DNA of 64,000 nucleotides from Mytilus edulis (taxonomy: Eukaryota): positions 66,650,001 through 66,714,000 of the forward strand of contig NC_092347.1 in NCBI RefSeq assembly GCF_963676685.1, given 5' to 3'. Each line of letters starts with the position of its first letter. The first letter of the stretch is position 1. Under the pieces are notes generated by a model. That model did no database searches and was not told the origin of the DNA. It saw nothing but the letters and a program-made list of their open reading frames with translations. This document shows, in pieces, positions 42,901-52,946 of this stretch. Both the position numbers and the translations under genes were made by a program.

Positions 42901-45900
42901 CTGATCAGTCTTTCGAAGACTAAAATCATGTATGTTGACAAAATTTAAAGCCAAGTTTTTTTGATGATTTTTTTTCTTTCTCCCATATTCTGTGTTTTAA
43001 TATAGCTTAAGATTTCTCATTTCTACATTTCTATTACATTTATTCACTTTCACTTTTGATACTATAACAACACATTTTACTTCATGCAATATAAGATGGG
43101 TGCAGATGGGGATCACTTTCACCACATATATGTATTTGTGTAGATCAATGGTACACAATGTAGAATACCGTTACAATTATCCAAAATAATTTGAGATATC
43201 ATATTGATTTACAACCAATATTTTCTATTTATATACATTTTACATTTGTCCTATATTTTCTGAATCTAGTACATTCATTTTTTTTTGACATTGTACAATT
43301 AACATAAACATCTGAAAATAGATATGTATTTGTATAGCAAACATGAAATCATCCTTTAGCAAATAACAAATAACCAAAATAAAAAAAAAAAAATTCTTCA
43401 TACTAAATCACTAATCATTGACTTTAAATACAACAATGTTTGATTATCCCATTTCTCAACAGCATAATCTAATTTTAACATCATCTAGTTCTATAAATTA
43501 AGATAGATAATCAATTATTGTCTTTCCTGACTATATCATCCTTCTCAGTTACTCTGTAATTCTTTTATAAAGGCTTTTAGACATGGGCCAAATTAATCAG
43601 TATAATGTCAGAATGTCTGAGATTTAATGTACAACGAGTGGAGATCTTTATAAAACTTAGTTTTTTAAGCATAAAACTTCCTGAAGCAGGAGAAAAAGAC
43701 CACAAGTAGAATGATTAACAGATTATCAGGGATGTTGTATGGCTGTTATATATGATATCGTTATGCAGAACACCCAAAAATCTACACAAAACAAAACACT
43801 TATAATTTAGAGATAATCAATATGCACTGTAACACTAGAACTACAATATGCAGTTTTTTTCGTAAGAAGCAGATCAAATTTGAACTTGCATTACATCTTA
43901 TTGTTAGCATTATCATTTTTAAGGTTATATTTACACAGTATTTTTCATCCAATTATCAAAGGTCAACACAGACAAAACCGATATCCAACAAGCAATGGAT
44001 TCATGGACAAGAATGAAAAACTATCTATAAACTAAATATTTAGCCATGCCAATTAAACATATCAAATGTTTAAATTTTATAAAAGTCAATAAAATATTAA
44101 CCTGTGATAATATTTATCATATTTGAGTTGTATGGCATGTTGATAGATTTGATGGCTTGCCTACTACCAAGGAGGTCGCTCCCAAGGGAATCTGGCAAGC
44201 GCCATCTGTTGGTGCCTCCAACTTGCTTCCTTACTCGACATCTTGGTGTAACTGCATGCTAAAATAATAAATACATATTATATAACACCAGTTATTTTGC
44301 TGTTCCAACAAAATAAAATATCTGTAATTTCATTTTGGTTTTCTTGAAAAATTTGATTACACATTAGTTGGAATTGGCTTTAATAACATTAACGGTCTAA
44401 TTTTTCTGCACCGGATGCGCATTTCGACAAACTAGCTTTCAGTAAATGCCAGTTCACTTAAGTACAATGTGTTTTTTTGTGTGCTTCGATTTTACAAATC
44501 TAGTGTATCTGATATTAGTGAAATCATGTATGTTGTGCTTTAACTCTACTGTGTCAGGTTAGGGTAGAGTTGAGGGCTGAACAACATCTTTAACACTTTA
44601 CACAGTGGCGGATCCAGGGGGGGGGGGGGGGGGGGGGGGGGTGTTGCAGGGGTTGGAAACCCCCCCCCCCCTTTTTTTTGGCTGATCAATGCATTTGAAT
44701 GGGAGCATATAGTTGGAACCCCCCCTTTACTCTGGGTTGGGAACCCCCCCTTTTTAAAATGGCTGGATCCGCCACTGATTACATTATTTATACATTGTAT
44801 GTACATGATGTACACATGATGTATGTGGTTGCAGTCTGCCATAATTGTATGAGCAAACAATTCTGCTGCTTGTTTTCTTTTTAAAATTGTTTCACATATT
44901 GATATGCTAGATCTTTTTCAGATTTTATAAGTAACATATCACAAAGATTTCAGTAACATTTTGATGTCACAACAGAAAATGTCTGAAGCCACAAAGGAAG
45001 AGTGATTGTTGTATAGCGTCAATAGTTCAAGTGTAACAAATTCTTAGGGTAAGTGCAGAAGATTCAAAATGGTGATAAGATCTATTGTTTCCTGTGGAAT
45101 GTATTTTTGTTATACATGTATTTATGTCATCCATTGGAACATTAAAGGTTTTAATAAGGCAAGATGTGACTTGTACTATAAAAATCAAATTACTTTAAAA
45201 ATGTAACAATTAATTTATTATTTAAAGCTAAAAATAACTTTAAAAGCATAAAATGACAAAATTGTATTCAGTCTTACAATCAAAATTACAACCTTCATTT
45301 TTAAAAGTATTTAATTTACTTGATCTTAATCTTGTTTACAATTAATTCAAACAACAAATTGAAAAATGTGGATTTCATACCTTATGTTTATTTACAGGCA
45401 TCATCATTGGAACAAATAAATTAATAGATATAGATGAACTAATTCATGAATGTACCAGTAGTATCTTAGGGATGAATAATCTCAACTAAAACACTGTTCA
45501 ATAAAATGGCTTAAATCATTATTAAAGTATTCAAACAAAATTCAATGAATCAAGAAATTAAAAAAAACATCAATGTATAAAATTTCATTGTTATGATGTA
45601 CCATTTAAGGAGTTCAATACTTTAATACTGTTTCATGATACTGCAATTTACTGCGTAGATAAAAGGTTTAAATAGATGTTTAAATGATCAGAAAATTTAA
45701 ATGGCGCTATTCAGCGGGTGTCTCAACTAATAGTCCTTTCAGTTTATCGATATGAATACAGATCATTTATAGACATAATAATGCATTGAACATATTTAAA
45801 TTGATAAAAATCAATCTTCAACTTATTGAGGTGTTTCAAAAGGCTATAAAATAAATAGCCTACTCTAGTTGATAACTTTAAATGCTCTTGTCTACGCTGG

Positions 45901-48900
45901 TGAATAAACGCAAGTCAATTTGCTTGCACCTTGAGATCTCGACTTTATAAAATATCAATACAATGTCAGAGTTCTTGTGATATAACCTTGCGACAAATAA
46001 TTAAGCAATTCAACCTTGTAAACGTGGCCAACTTGGTTGTTATAATTCCTGCCAAGTAATCCTATCCTCACGAAATTAAGTTAATTGTACCAAGTTTTTC
46101 TATGTTTGTTCAAATATATCAGTTCTAAAGATATAAAAGATTGTAGAAATATGTTTTTTGAAAGGAAAGTATCACTTGTTTCAACAATGTATAAAATGTA
46201 TTGTAGAGGGGTTGGATACATAGATTTTGACAAACATTTTCATAGATCATCAGCTTTTTCCAATTAGTGACTTTACAAAGTTTATTCATAATTGTTTGCA
46301 TGTATTTCATTCATATACTAAATAAGCTTAGTGTGTCCTGGTGACAGTACATATATCCCTAACCTTTGAAATTTAGAATGAAAATATTCCAATTCTGACA
46401 GTAAGGGTTTTACCATTAGTGCTTTACCATTTTTTAAATCAAAACTATCTTCATTCAGATCACCACTTTTTTTTTTTAAATCTTGGGTCAATTTGCAGCT
46501 TGGCACATTATAGTACAAATGTATATAATTATATACCAATCTATTGATAAAGCATTTGTTGCCTAAAAGATGTCTTTAGGTCACCCTTAAAAAATGGTTT
46601 GTGTGATGTTGTGTACCCATGCCTTGAGGGTAGGGTACATTTTGTATGTAGAAATGTAGGTAGGGGATTTTCTTATGGCCAACATGTTGCATGTTTTAGA
46701 CAAGAAAATGACATAAGATAAAGAACAAATTTTAAAAAAAGATCATAAAAAATTTCAGGTAGGCTACTTTTTAGGTTGGTATACGTATTATGAAAATTAT
46801 TGATGTTGTAATGTTTATGCCCTTTGGGGCCCATAATTGGAATACAAATATATTCTTTTTCTTTTTCTTCATAGGTAGGGCAAAATCAAACAATTAAATT
46901 ATATTTTTTTTTGTCTATATAGTTGAAGTGTTTGTTGCTTTAAAAGATGTCATTAGATTCTTTGTGCCATTTGTGATAAAGTTATATCCCAAAGGTTCTT
47001 ATTCAATTCATTCATATTTTCAATATGTTGAAATTTGCAAACATGGGCAAAGAATTCTTTATAAATCATTTGACATTAATTTTTGAAGGATCAAATTGTA
47101 TTCAACATGTTCAATAGCAACCCACATGGCAAAGAAAAGTAATTAATCCTGGTACTCATTTGTCAAGTAATTCAGAAATGTGTATTAGCTTTTTAACAAA
47201 TTATATTCAAATATCAGATGTTCATTTCTGATCCGAAATAAATTGATCTGAAAGAAAATGTAAAGCAATGCTGACATATATTAATTGGCTGAAAACTAAA
47301 TCCAATTTATTAAAAATTTTAGTATTCAGTATCACTCCCTATCATATAATCGACACACATGTATATCAAAAATCAATTTCAACGTACTTCAATAATCTTA
47401 TTACTGTATTAAATATAAGTGTTAGAAGTATTTTCTTTATAACTTAGGTAGTCTGTAAACAATTAAATGTCCCTAGTCATTTTAGATTTAATATGAACAA
47501 CCTGCCAATCTTAAAATCAATATTTGTCAAGTAAACATAACAGAGAGGATTTAAAGCACTTTATAATTTACTTAAAATGAAACCTTAAATTTAGAAATGT
47601 AACTTTATCAAACTTGTGTTATTGTGTTTACACAGTTATTTCACAGTCAAAATATTTTTATTTTTCAGTCTTGTGATTTATACAACAAATGAAGAATGCA
47701 AGACCACTGCATGTACCTGCACTTTAATTATAAAAAAGTCATAAAACATTAATTTGAAAATAAGGAGATGTGGTATGATTGCCAATGAGACAACTCTCCA
47801 CTAAAGATTCAATGAAGTGGATGAATGCAATTATTGGGAACCAAACAACCTTCAACAGATGAAAAAAAATATATTGTATAGGTGGCTCGAAATGGCTTGA
47901 CATGAAAAATATAAACAATTCATAATATGTTTTCAATGTTTTAAAAAAGAATGGCAGCCATGTAGTTTAGAGGAATAATAAACAACTGAAGAAGGCCAAT
48001 GGCCGAAACGTCTTGAACAATTGGTTTATTTATACAATTATAAAAGATATGTTCCCTATTGGAATTTTGAAAACAAGGATAAACAATTCAATTAAAAAAA
48101 TTTACCAGCCCAATTTAGCCCTGGCCCCCCTTTTGTTGGAAAAGGTTGATTATATAGGAATTCACTTAAGCATGACTGGAGCAGGCCCCCTCTTAGGAAA
48201 ATTTCTGGATCTGCCACTATAACAATCTATAATAATCAGTTGGTTAAGATCAATTGCATTTATAATTACAATGTATAAACATGTAAGGTTAAAATATATT
48301 CAGTATTGGCCAGGGATCAAGCCATTTAAATTAAATATCGAGCCTCAGGCCGTGATGCTGATCTGGTCATTGTAAATTGTATCAAAAAAACTTAAATATA
48401 CATGTACAATGTAATGGTCAGATGGAAAAAAAATTGGTTTGTTTCGACTTTCATAAAAGCAGTCCTACTATCATGACTGTGTACACAAGCATTTATATTT
48501 TAAATTGGGATACATGTACATGTAGCTCTAACAGCTATCATATCCTACATATATATGAAGATTCACTCATACATGCAGGGCTCACACTACTTCAGAATTA
48601 TAGGGAGAAGTGACTTCTCTTTTTGAAACTGATAGGGAGAAGTGGTGAGATTTGAAAGAGAAGTGCTCGTTCGCGCGGGTGCGCTACAATGTTTGGATTT
48701 TACAATAGTATAAAGGGCCATATGTAAATAATGTTCTTTTTATGTTGTTCAATTCATATGAGTAAAAAATTACAATTAAAGTAACATTTGAAATTAAAAG
48801 TTGTTTAAGTTTTACTAAGGTTCTTGTGAGAAACTACCAACTAAATATCTAGCACTAAAAAAAAAAATTATTTTAAAAAATGTAAAGAAATTATAGCAAT

Positions 48901-51900
48901 TACAATTTAATTAAAAATTATCTTGTGTATGAAATTCAGTGTTTCTCATAAAAAAAAATATAAAAGTTATTAAGCTGGGCCATAATATATTGATATTAGT
49001 ATAATAGTCTCAGAGTTAAGCAACTTTAATCAATAGTTTGAAACATTCATAAAAAATATAGGGAATTATATACACCAATCAATTAGATGTAACCAAAAGT
49101 CTCTTAATGCGTGTGGGATGCGTAATTTTCCCCTTTGGGATCAATATTCTTCTGTCAGCTGTTCCATCCGTGCGTCCGTAGTAATTATTGTAAAAGTACG
49201 GATTTCGGTCATAGCTGGTCCGGTTCAGATCCGTAGTTTAGAAATCGGTCAATGACGGAAGAATGCAAGAAAATTTACAAAAATAAACGATGTTTGACAA
49301 GTTATTTGGAAAGGAACATGACGGTTTTAATGCAATAAATGGATTAAACATTTACTGGAGGCAACTTTTATCACCTTTAAATGAAGTAACAAACTTATTT
49401 TGCCGCCGAAATTTAGGTTGATGTACGTTTTCGAGTAACAAGCACCGGAACTTGCGAAAATGCACGGGGTGAATACCGTCCGGTCAAATTTTTTTTGAGA
49501 AAAACACGTTTTTTTGCAATCAAGTTTATATTTTCGTATAATATATTTATAAATCTCACAGATTCCTGAGTTTCATGGACAAATATTGTAAAACAAAAGA
49601 GATATTAACACTTGTCGTCAACCAGTTGAATATATATTTAGCGTATATTGGCGAGTGTGAATACCGTCCGGTTAACTTTTTTTGCTCAAAAATAATTATT
49701 TTTCCTCTTTTTTTTTTTATATTCATAAAATATAGTTTAATATCTTTCAGGTTTACAAATATTAAACAAATCTATCGGATAACAAAAAAGTTATGACTAT
49801 TTATATGTCGTCCGGTCAACCGTCCTGTCACTATCCGGGCAATCATCCTGTCATTAGTGCAACCCATAAAAAGTTGTATTTTTATCAAGTAACCTGATAC
49901 ACACTGCGAAGACAATGCTTCAACCTCTTTTCTAAAGATAATGAATAGTTTATGTCTGAATTTCTTTAATTATCAGTTAAAAATTAATGTTTCATCAACT
50001 TGGTAAAAATTGAAAATGTCCGATGACGGAAGCGACTAAAAGCGACTTTCGTCAAGAACAGGGCGACTTGTTTTCGCTTTTGGGGGTCGGGGAAAGCGAA
50101 GTGACGGTCGGGAGGGCGACTTCTTCGCCCAAGTCGCCTGGTAGCGTGAGCCCTGACATGTACATGTATGTATCGTGTAAATGACCTCTTCTTGTATTTT
50201 TTTGCTTATTTTGTTGGAATATTGCCTTTACTGTATTTTTTTTAATTTCAAGAATGAGCTTTCTCTACAATAATACTGATATGATAAGCACAGTACACTG
50301 ACAAATATCAGATGCATGCCCCCTCCTTAATTAGTTCTTTCTCCAATGCAAGCATAACAGACTTTAATATTTAATATTATTTATATCCCTTCCCATAAGC
50401 AATACTTCAGTATTAATCATCAGATTTCTGTACACATTTATCATTAAATAATATCTTACAGCAATTAAAACCAGATAAAACTTTTTTAATTTTAGAAGCC
50501 AATGTGAGCATAGGGAAATATAAGTTATGATATCATCGAACAATCTCTTGAATTTATAAATCTACAATCATTAATGCCATCAAAGCAATCACCATCAAGC
50601 TAAGTTATATATATAGCTTTTCAGATGATTTAATAATTATTTACCCTTTCTGGATATCTTCCATCCACAATCACACCCATCAATGCTGTATATGGTGCTT
50701 CATTGACAGATCTGCAACAAAAAAAAACATTATGTATTTTAAGATAGAAATAACAACAATCTGCCAAAGTGCAGAAACACCCCCACAGTACTTTTTTAAT
50801 AACAAATTACATATTACAAAACTACATAATTTATGATAATCATTTGAGCTTCATTAGAAGAAAGACAAATGTAGAAATAAATAAACTAGACACCAACATC
50901 AATATCATGTGCACATAATTGTACAGGGCTCTTTAGTGGGAACAGAACAACCAAAGCCATCTCTGCAGATTGATCTCCAGGCTTAAAGAAGTGTGCTTCT
51001 GTGAACAACCACAGCTTCTAGAGTCCCATTCTAGTTGAAACACCAGTTTTGGTACTAGTAGTATTATGTATGTAGGAAAGGCAGGTCAAAATGACACTGT
51101 ACACACTATTAAATGTACTAAAACTTCCAGAGTCAGCATGGTCAGGAGTGACCCCAGGACATTCAACACTAACTTCTATAATGCAAATTCAAATAAACAT
51201 AATTTAAATAAGCAATTAATTAGCATGTTCACCATTCCTTATATGGAGGGATGAAATACTTTTGATTGCGCTACACTGTATGGCATAGACAGAGTTTGTG
51301 ATCAATGGTGAAAGTTTCTCCATCGTTCAATTTTCATCCATGGAGATCCCCGACTGTACCTAGTTTTAACCACTAGACTATAAACACATGCATGACATGT
51401 ACACTTCATTTTACATACATGAATTCAGAAAGTAGGAATGGGGTAACACATGCATATGATGAATGATGGTAAAATATTTGTTAAAAAAATGTTTATGATT
51501 AAAATTTTAATCCATTTAACATTTGTTTAATGCTAACATTAAACAGTAGCTCCAAAATGAGATTTGACTATATAGCTAATATAGATAAAAATTAAAGGCC
51601 AATTTGACGCTTAATCAAAGCTATGAAAAATGCATGTTTCATGCTCGACAATAACGATATTCCTACATGTAAGTCATCAGCTAATTTAGTGATATAGATA
51701 TATGCATTTCTTCTTAATTAAAATCTAAAAGGACATCTCTTATTGGTTTTGCTAAATAAAATCCAGACTCAGAACCAAAAAAAGAGATTTGCACCCTTGG
51801 TCATGTTGGTATAATACTATCAGGGTGGTCTGTGGTGTCTACGAATATAAGTAAGTATATTTATAAACAAAGTATCAAAGTAAGTGATACAGTTGATTCT

Positions 51901-52946
51901 CTATAAATCCAATGAGAGAGTGTTCAGAAATTCCCTTGGACCTGTCTGACCATTGCGGCTTTGAAGGGGTGCTTAAAAATAAGGGAGAATTTAAGATTTT
52001 AAGTATATATATACAAGTCCAAAAATTATGACGTCTGACAAGGCTATTTTATTTTTTTCTGGGACGTTTACTTACAACAAAGGCATCCCAGAATGAAGAA
52101 AAAAATGGCCTTGCCAGACAGCATAATTATTTGGACTAATACAGTACTTGATAACAACCCTATATAAGATTTTTCGTTAATAAATTTTGAAAATTATAGG
52201 AAAACACGGTTTCAATTCCCCTACCCTGCAGAGACAAATTGACTGTTCTTTTAGGTCCTTTCCAGAGGCAGATTTTGGAAAAAATTTGGTTGCTTATATA
52301 GGGAATCACTGAAGTGGGGCCCCCTCTAAGGCAGTCAGTGGGTCCCCTGGCACTTATGAAAATTTCTGGATCCACCACTGCTTTCTGCCAAATTATTCTG
52401 GTCTTCAACTGTTTCATATCTATCTTTGACTTTCAAATATCAGCATTCCTGGTGCAGGTGAATTCAGAAAAGAGCTTCAGAAGCATGAATAGTCAATACA
52501 CAAAGTGTTGTTTACATTTTCACTCCAGCTTTTTATCTCTGACTTTAAGATTTTGAAATAATTTTATTCTCTGCCTGCTAATGTCCATAACTAAACCTAT
52601 TTTTGGTTTGTCATTTGAAAATTTTGTGCAGGGCTAAGCAGCTAAAAACTTTGAAAAGACTAAAGAGCAAACTCTCACTGATAATTTTTTCCTTAGGGCA
52701 TTTCAATCATTTTTATTTATTTTATTTTAGGTTATAATTTACTATGATTTTGCTGAAGTTGCACAGAAAATGTTTGTTTCTGAAATATCGAACGTTGTTA
52801 CCTGAATAAACACATGAAATAATATACAAAACATACTGTGAATATGAAATAGCAGCTTTTGGAACTCCTCTAGGAATTGTGGGAAAGTATGAAGTTGTAC
52901 TCATCCTCGACAGCTGAGGAGGTACGTTTCTTGAAACTTCCGCCAT
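18914..52946 (-). CDS. BTBD16: BTB/POZ domain-containing protein 16 orthologue (BTB-BACK, germ cell-less-related); 18 coding exons, 2001 nt, 666 aa
   Basis: Manual splice assembly: 52946-52837, 50711-50645, 44258-44102, 41519-41342, 40945-40827, 36541-36340, 34267-34137, 33065-32951, 32410-32341, 32000-31938, 31233-31166, 29258-29139, 28416-28325, 27933-27851, 27002-26925, 26180-26082, 22757-22578, 18982-18914. All introns are GT-AG and the phases close. Motifs match vertebrate BTBD16 as I recall it: TNRWRLP..GSDLL, DVVLKCLGMDWELH, IKDPLITK.A.A.ALGNLY, CERWLELNL, WLFLQLN, QKFGL, C-terminal LFPAS*. Confidence 0.93.
19025..19198. mobile_element. MITE of the CAG(T/G)GGCGGATCCAG family with poly-G tract
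   Basis: TIR caggggcagatccag / ctggatccgcgcctg; attat on both flanks. Relatives at 40640-40766, 44603-44777, 56337-58015; partial copies ending at 48218 and 52380. Confidence 0.82.
19386..20836 (-). mobile_element. Helentron-type non-autonomous element with ~502-bp tandem core (~2.3 units) in intron 17
   Basis: End hairpin aggctct-aa-agagcct + gctcacc subTIR; other end gctcacttggccc-ttc-gggccaggtgagc with a GAC(G) microsatellite; ttgactataaagggcaataactcc recurs at 19628, 20130 and 20632. Truncated relatives at ~22857-23440 and ~24415-24600. Confidence 0.85.
22578..22757 (-). CDS. BTBD16: BTBD16 exon 17 (RLKPGDPILSFRQCERHTFSIRTDREVRY...QKFGLGEKVGKSE)
   Basis: tttttcag / GAG|gtaagt; 60 open codons. 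Confidence 0.95.
22857..23440 (-). mobile_element. Truncated copy of the 19386-20836 Helentron-type family
   Basis: Same aaactagaggctctaaagag end and about one core unit. Confidence 0.8.
24789..25284 (-). mobile_element. Helentron-type non-autonomous element with two ~169-bp units and a GACT/GACG microsatellite
   Basis: ataccccc subTIR at both ends; terminal hairpin tataccccct...gggggtata; aagtgttcggtaaacaggaagttg at 24868 and 25037. Confidence 0.82.
25737..25944. mobile_element. MITE with TA TSD (Tc1/mariner-type)
   Basis: ta|ctgtggattcattaatattcgttggatacc ... ggtacccacgaaaataaatgaatccacag|ta. Confidence 0.87.
26082..26180 (-). CDS. BTBD16: BTBD16 exon 16 (EPHYHSEVLSIHGFHFELKAARNAIGQLSIYMQ)
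   Basis: tttgtag / CAG|gtatga. Confidence 0.94.
26925..27002 (-). CDS. BTBD16: BTBD16 exon 15 (LQGGGDMSALKHFNTGAIRQGFIIDE)
   Basis: ttttcag / GAG|gtaata; GGDM motif. Confidence 0.94.
27119..27460 (-). mobile_element. Short Helentron-type element with GACG/GACA microsatellite
   Basis: tgtgtcc..gtacacggatg end, microsatellite 27322-27415, terminal atgcccc...ggggcat hairpin; second copy at 62782-63030. Confidence 0.8.
27851..27933 (-). CDS. BTBD16: BTBD16 exon 14 (NQIRDMQLMNILPQSQLIDLLTQHYHA)
   Basis: tttcag / GCT|gtaagt. Confidence 0.93.
28325..28416 (-). CDS. BTBD16: BTBD16 exon 13 (LPKTGSFLERDDGQIYGPLFSAVRLQGVTD)
   Basis: tttccag / A|gtaagt; FL.R..G....LF...RL.G motif. Confidence 0.94.
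29139..29258 (-). CDS. BTBD16: BTBD16 exon 12 (LYVPNEYTVYRTLSYWLFLQLNSSIQLMPSHSTVLSYFN)
   Basis: tttacag / AG|gtaaga; WLFLQLN motif. Confidence 0.95.
31166..31233 (-). CDS. BTBD16: BTBD16 exon 11 (LSNQIYLREISMELLQKILKSN)
   Basis: ttttcag / AG|gttagc; BACK domain. Confidence 0.94.
31579..31707. repeat. Imperfect palindromic element
   Basis: taagaattgaattcttctttt..ttcattagggtgtaaaa / ttttacaaccctatgaa..aaaagaagcattcaatactta. Confidence 0.7.
31938..32000 (-). CDS. BTBD16: BTBD16 exon 10 (YQQEEVVKACERWLELNLLPE)
   Basis: ttttcag / GAG|gtaggt; BACK-domain CE.WLE.NL motif. Confidence 0.95.
32341..32410 (-). CDS. BTBD16: BTBD16 exon 9 (CARLMLNNISYKTVCRYHHACTK)
   Basis: ttttcag / AAG|gtaagt; BTB-BACK junction. 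Confidence 0.94.
32951..33065 (-). CDS. BTBD16: BTBD16 exon 8 (MAVALGNLYHDELDVDLEDVANVLAASSQIGYKALQN)
   Basis: ttttcag / GG|gtgagt; BTB core ALGNLY...VLAAS. Confidence 0.95.
34137..34267 (-). CDS. BTBD16: BTBD16 exon 7 (LSMVEGDDEGPKKLDH...IKLDIKDPLITKT)
   Basis: ttttgtag acceptor, G|gtaatt donor; KLDIKDPLITK matches the BTBD16/GCL BTB motif. Confidence 0.92.
34600..34837 (-). mobile_element. tRNA-derived SINE with V-domain-like core
   Basis: Minus strand begins ggggcctcggaggccaagtggtc (A-box-like), then gagttggaac (decayed B box), then ggttttctctgggtactctgacttcctcc (V-SINE-like core). Confidence 0.7.
35203..36172 (+). mobile_element. Helentron-type non-autonomous element with four ~193-bp satellite units in intron 6
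   Basis: 5' tcgac-ttta-gtcga hairpin + gcgagac, (GTC/GGC)n microsatellite, attcactctgtggttaaag at 35294, 35486, 35679 and 35872, 3' gcgagac + gggttccgcggaaccc palindrome. Confidence 0.87.
36340..36541 (-). CDS. BTBD16: BTBD16 exon 6, start of BTB domain (DVVLKCLGMDWELHRPYLQKSEVLSQLL...KDISN)
   Basis: tttcag acceptor; BTB N-terminal motif; donor AG|gtataa (phase 2) chosen because it joins exon 7 in frame. An alternative donor exists at 36329. Confidence 0.9.
38040..38655 (+). repeat. Abundant dispersed repeat family ending ttgtctcattggcaa..ataccacatctt (unclassified)
   Basis: Related copies at ~985-1266, 3100-3200, 32565-32930 and 63355-63495 (+) and 47760-47800, 61345-61462 (-). Confidence 0.8.
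40640..40766. mobile_element. MITE, CAGTGGCGGATCCAG family
   Basis: TIR cagtggcggatccag / ctggatccgccgctg. Confidence 0.85.
40827..40945 (-). CDS. BTBD16: BTBD16 exon 5 (PTPSTSGPIRKFIPANARPATPKDIFLYHSKKSQSFIGP)
   Basis: ttttgtag acceptor, G|gtattg donor, phase 2 to 1. Confidence 0.87.
41342..41519 (-). CDS. BTBD16: BTBD16 exon 4 (ENPQSSLHLEADRPYVFHQ...VRAPSRLRG), Ser/Pro-rich
   Basis: tttacag acceptor, GG|gtatgt donor, open frame, phase 1 to 2. Confidence 0.85.
41829..41872 (+). ncRNA. Type I hammerhead ribozyme (catalytic core intact)
   Basis: gcgtca-CTGATGA-gtct(tttgt)agac-GAAA-c(gagt)g-TC-tggcgt: stem I, core, stem II and short stem III; predicted cleavage after C41866. Confidence 0.85.
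42198..42241 (+). ncRNA. Type I hammerhead ribozyme, probably inactive (GAAA to CAAA)
   Basis: Same fold as 41829 but G12 is replaced by C; lies 369 nt downstream of it. Confidence 0.75.
44102..44258 (-). CDS. BTBD16: BTBD16 exon 3 (HAVTPRCRVRKQVGGTNRWRLPDSLGSDLLGSRQAIKSINMPYNSNMINIIT)
   Basis: tttag acceptor, G|gttaat donor; contains the BTBD16 N-terminal TNRWRLP motif. Confidence 0.93.
44603..44777. mobile_element. MITE, CAGTGGCGGATCCAG family with poly-G/poly-C tracts
   Basis: Perfect 15-bp TIR cagtggcggatccag / ctggatccgccactg. Confidence 0.88.
47982..48015 (+). ncRNA. Minimal type I hammerhead-like motif of a second family
   Basis: caa-CTGAAGA-a-ggcc(aat)ggcc-GAAA-cg-TC-ttg; essentially no stem III loop, as in Penelope-associated minimal HHRs. 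Confidence 0.62.
48576..50155. mobile_element. Non-autonomous hAT-like DNA transposon, 1580 bp, 5-bp TSD ACATG
   Basis: TIR cagggctcacactac / gtagcgtgagccctg; acatg on both flanks; subterminal gagaagtg x3 (left) and gcgact repeats (right); no transposase ORF. Confidence 0.85.
50645..50711 (-). CDS. BTBD16: BTBD16 exon 2 (SVNEAPYTALMGVIVDGRYPER)
   Basis: T-rich tract + tgcag acceptor; AGG|gtaaat donor; phase 2 to 0 links exons 1 and 3. Confidence 0.75.
52837..52946 (-). CDS. BTBD16: BTBD16 exon 1 (MAEVSRNVPPQLSRMSTTSYFPTIPRGVPKAAISYS)
   Basis: ataATGGCG start context; donor CA|gtatgt in phase 2 matches exon 2. No recognisable homology, so supported by splice signals and phase only. Confidence 0.72.

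Noticed and set aside
51340-51390. tRNA-like A box (tagtctagtggtta on minus)
   Set aside because: No B box or cloverleaf; at most a decayed SINE head.
52722-52836. Remainder of the 74-aa ORF and the donor at ~52801
   Set aside because: That donor is phase 1 and would frameshift exon 2; the phase-2 donor at 52837 fits.
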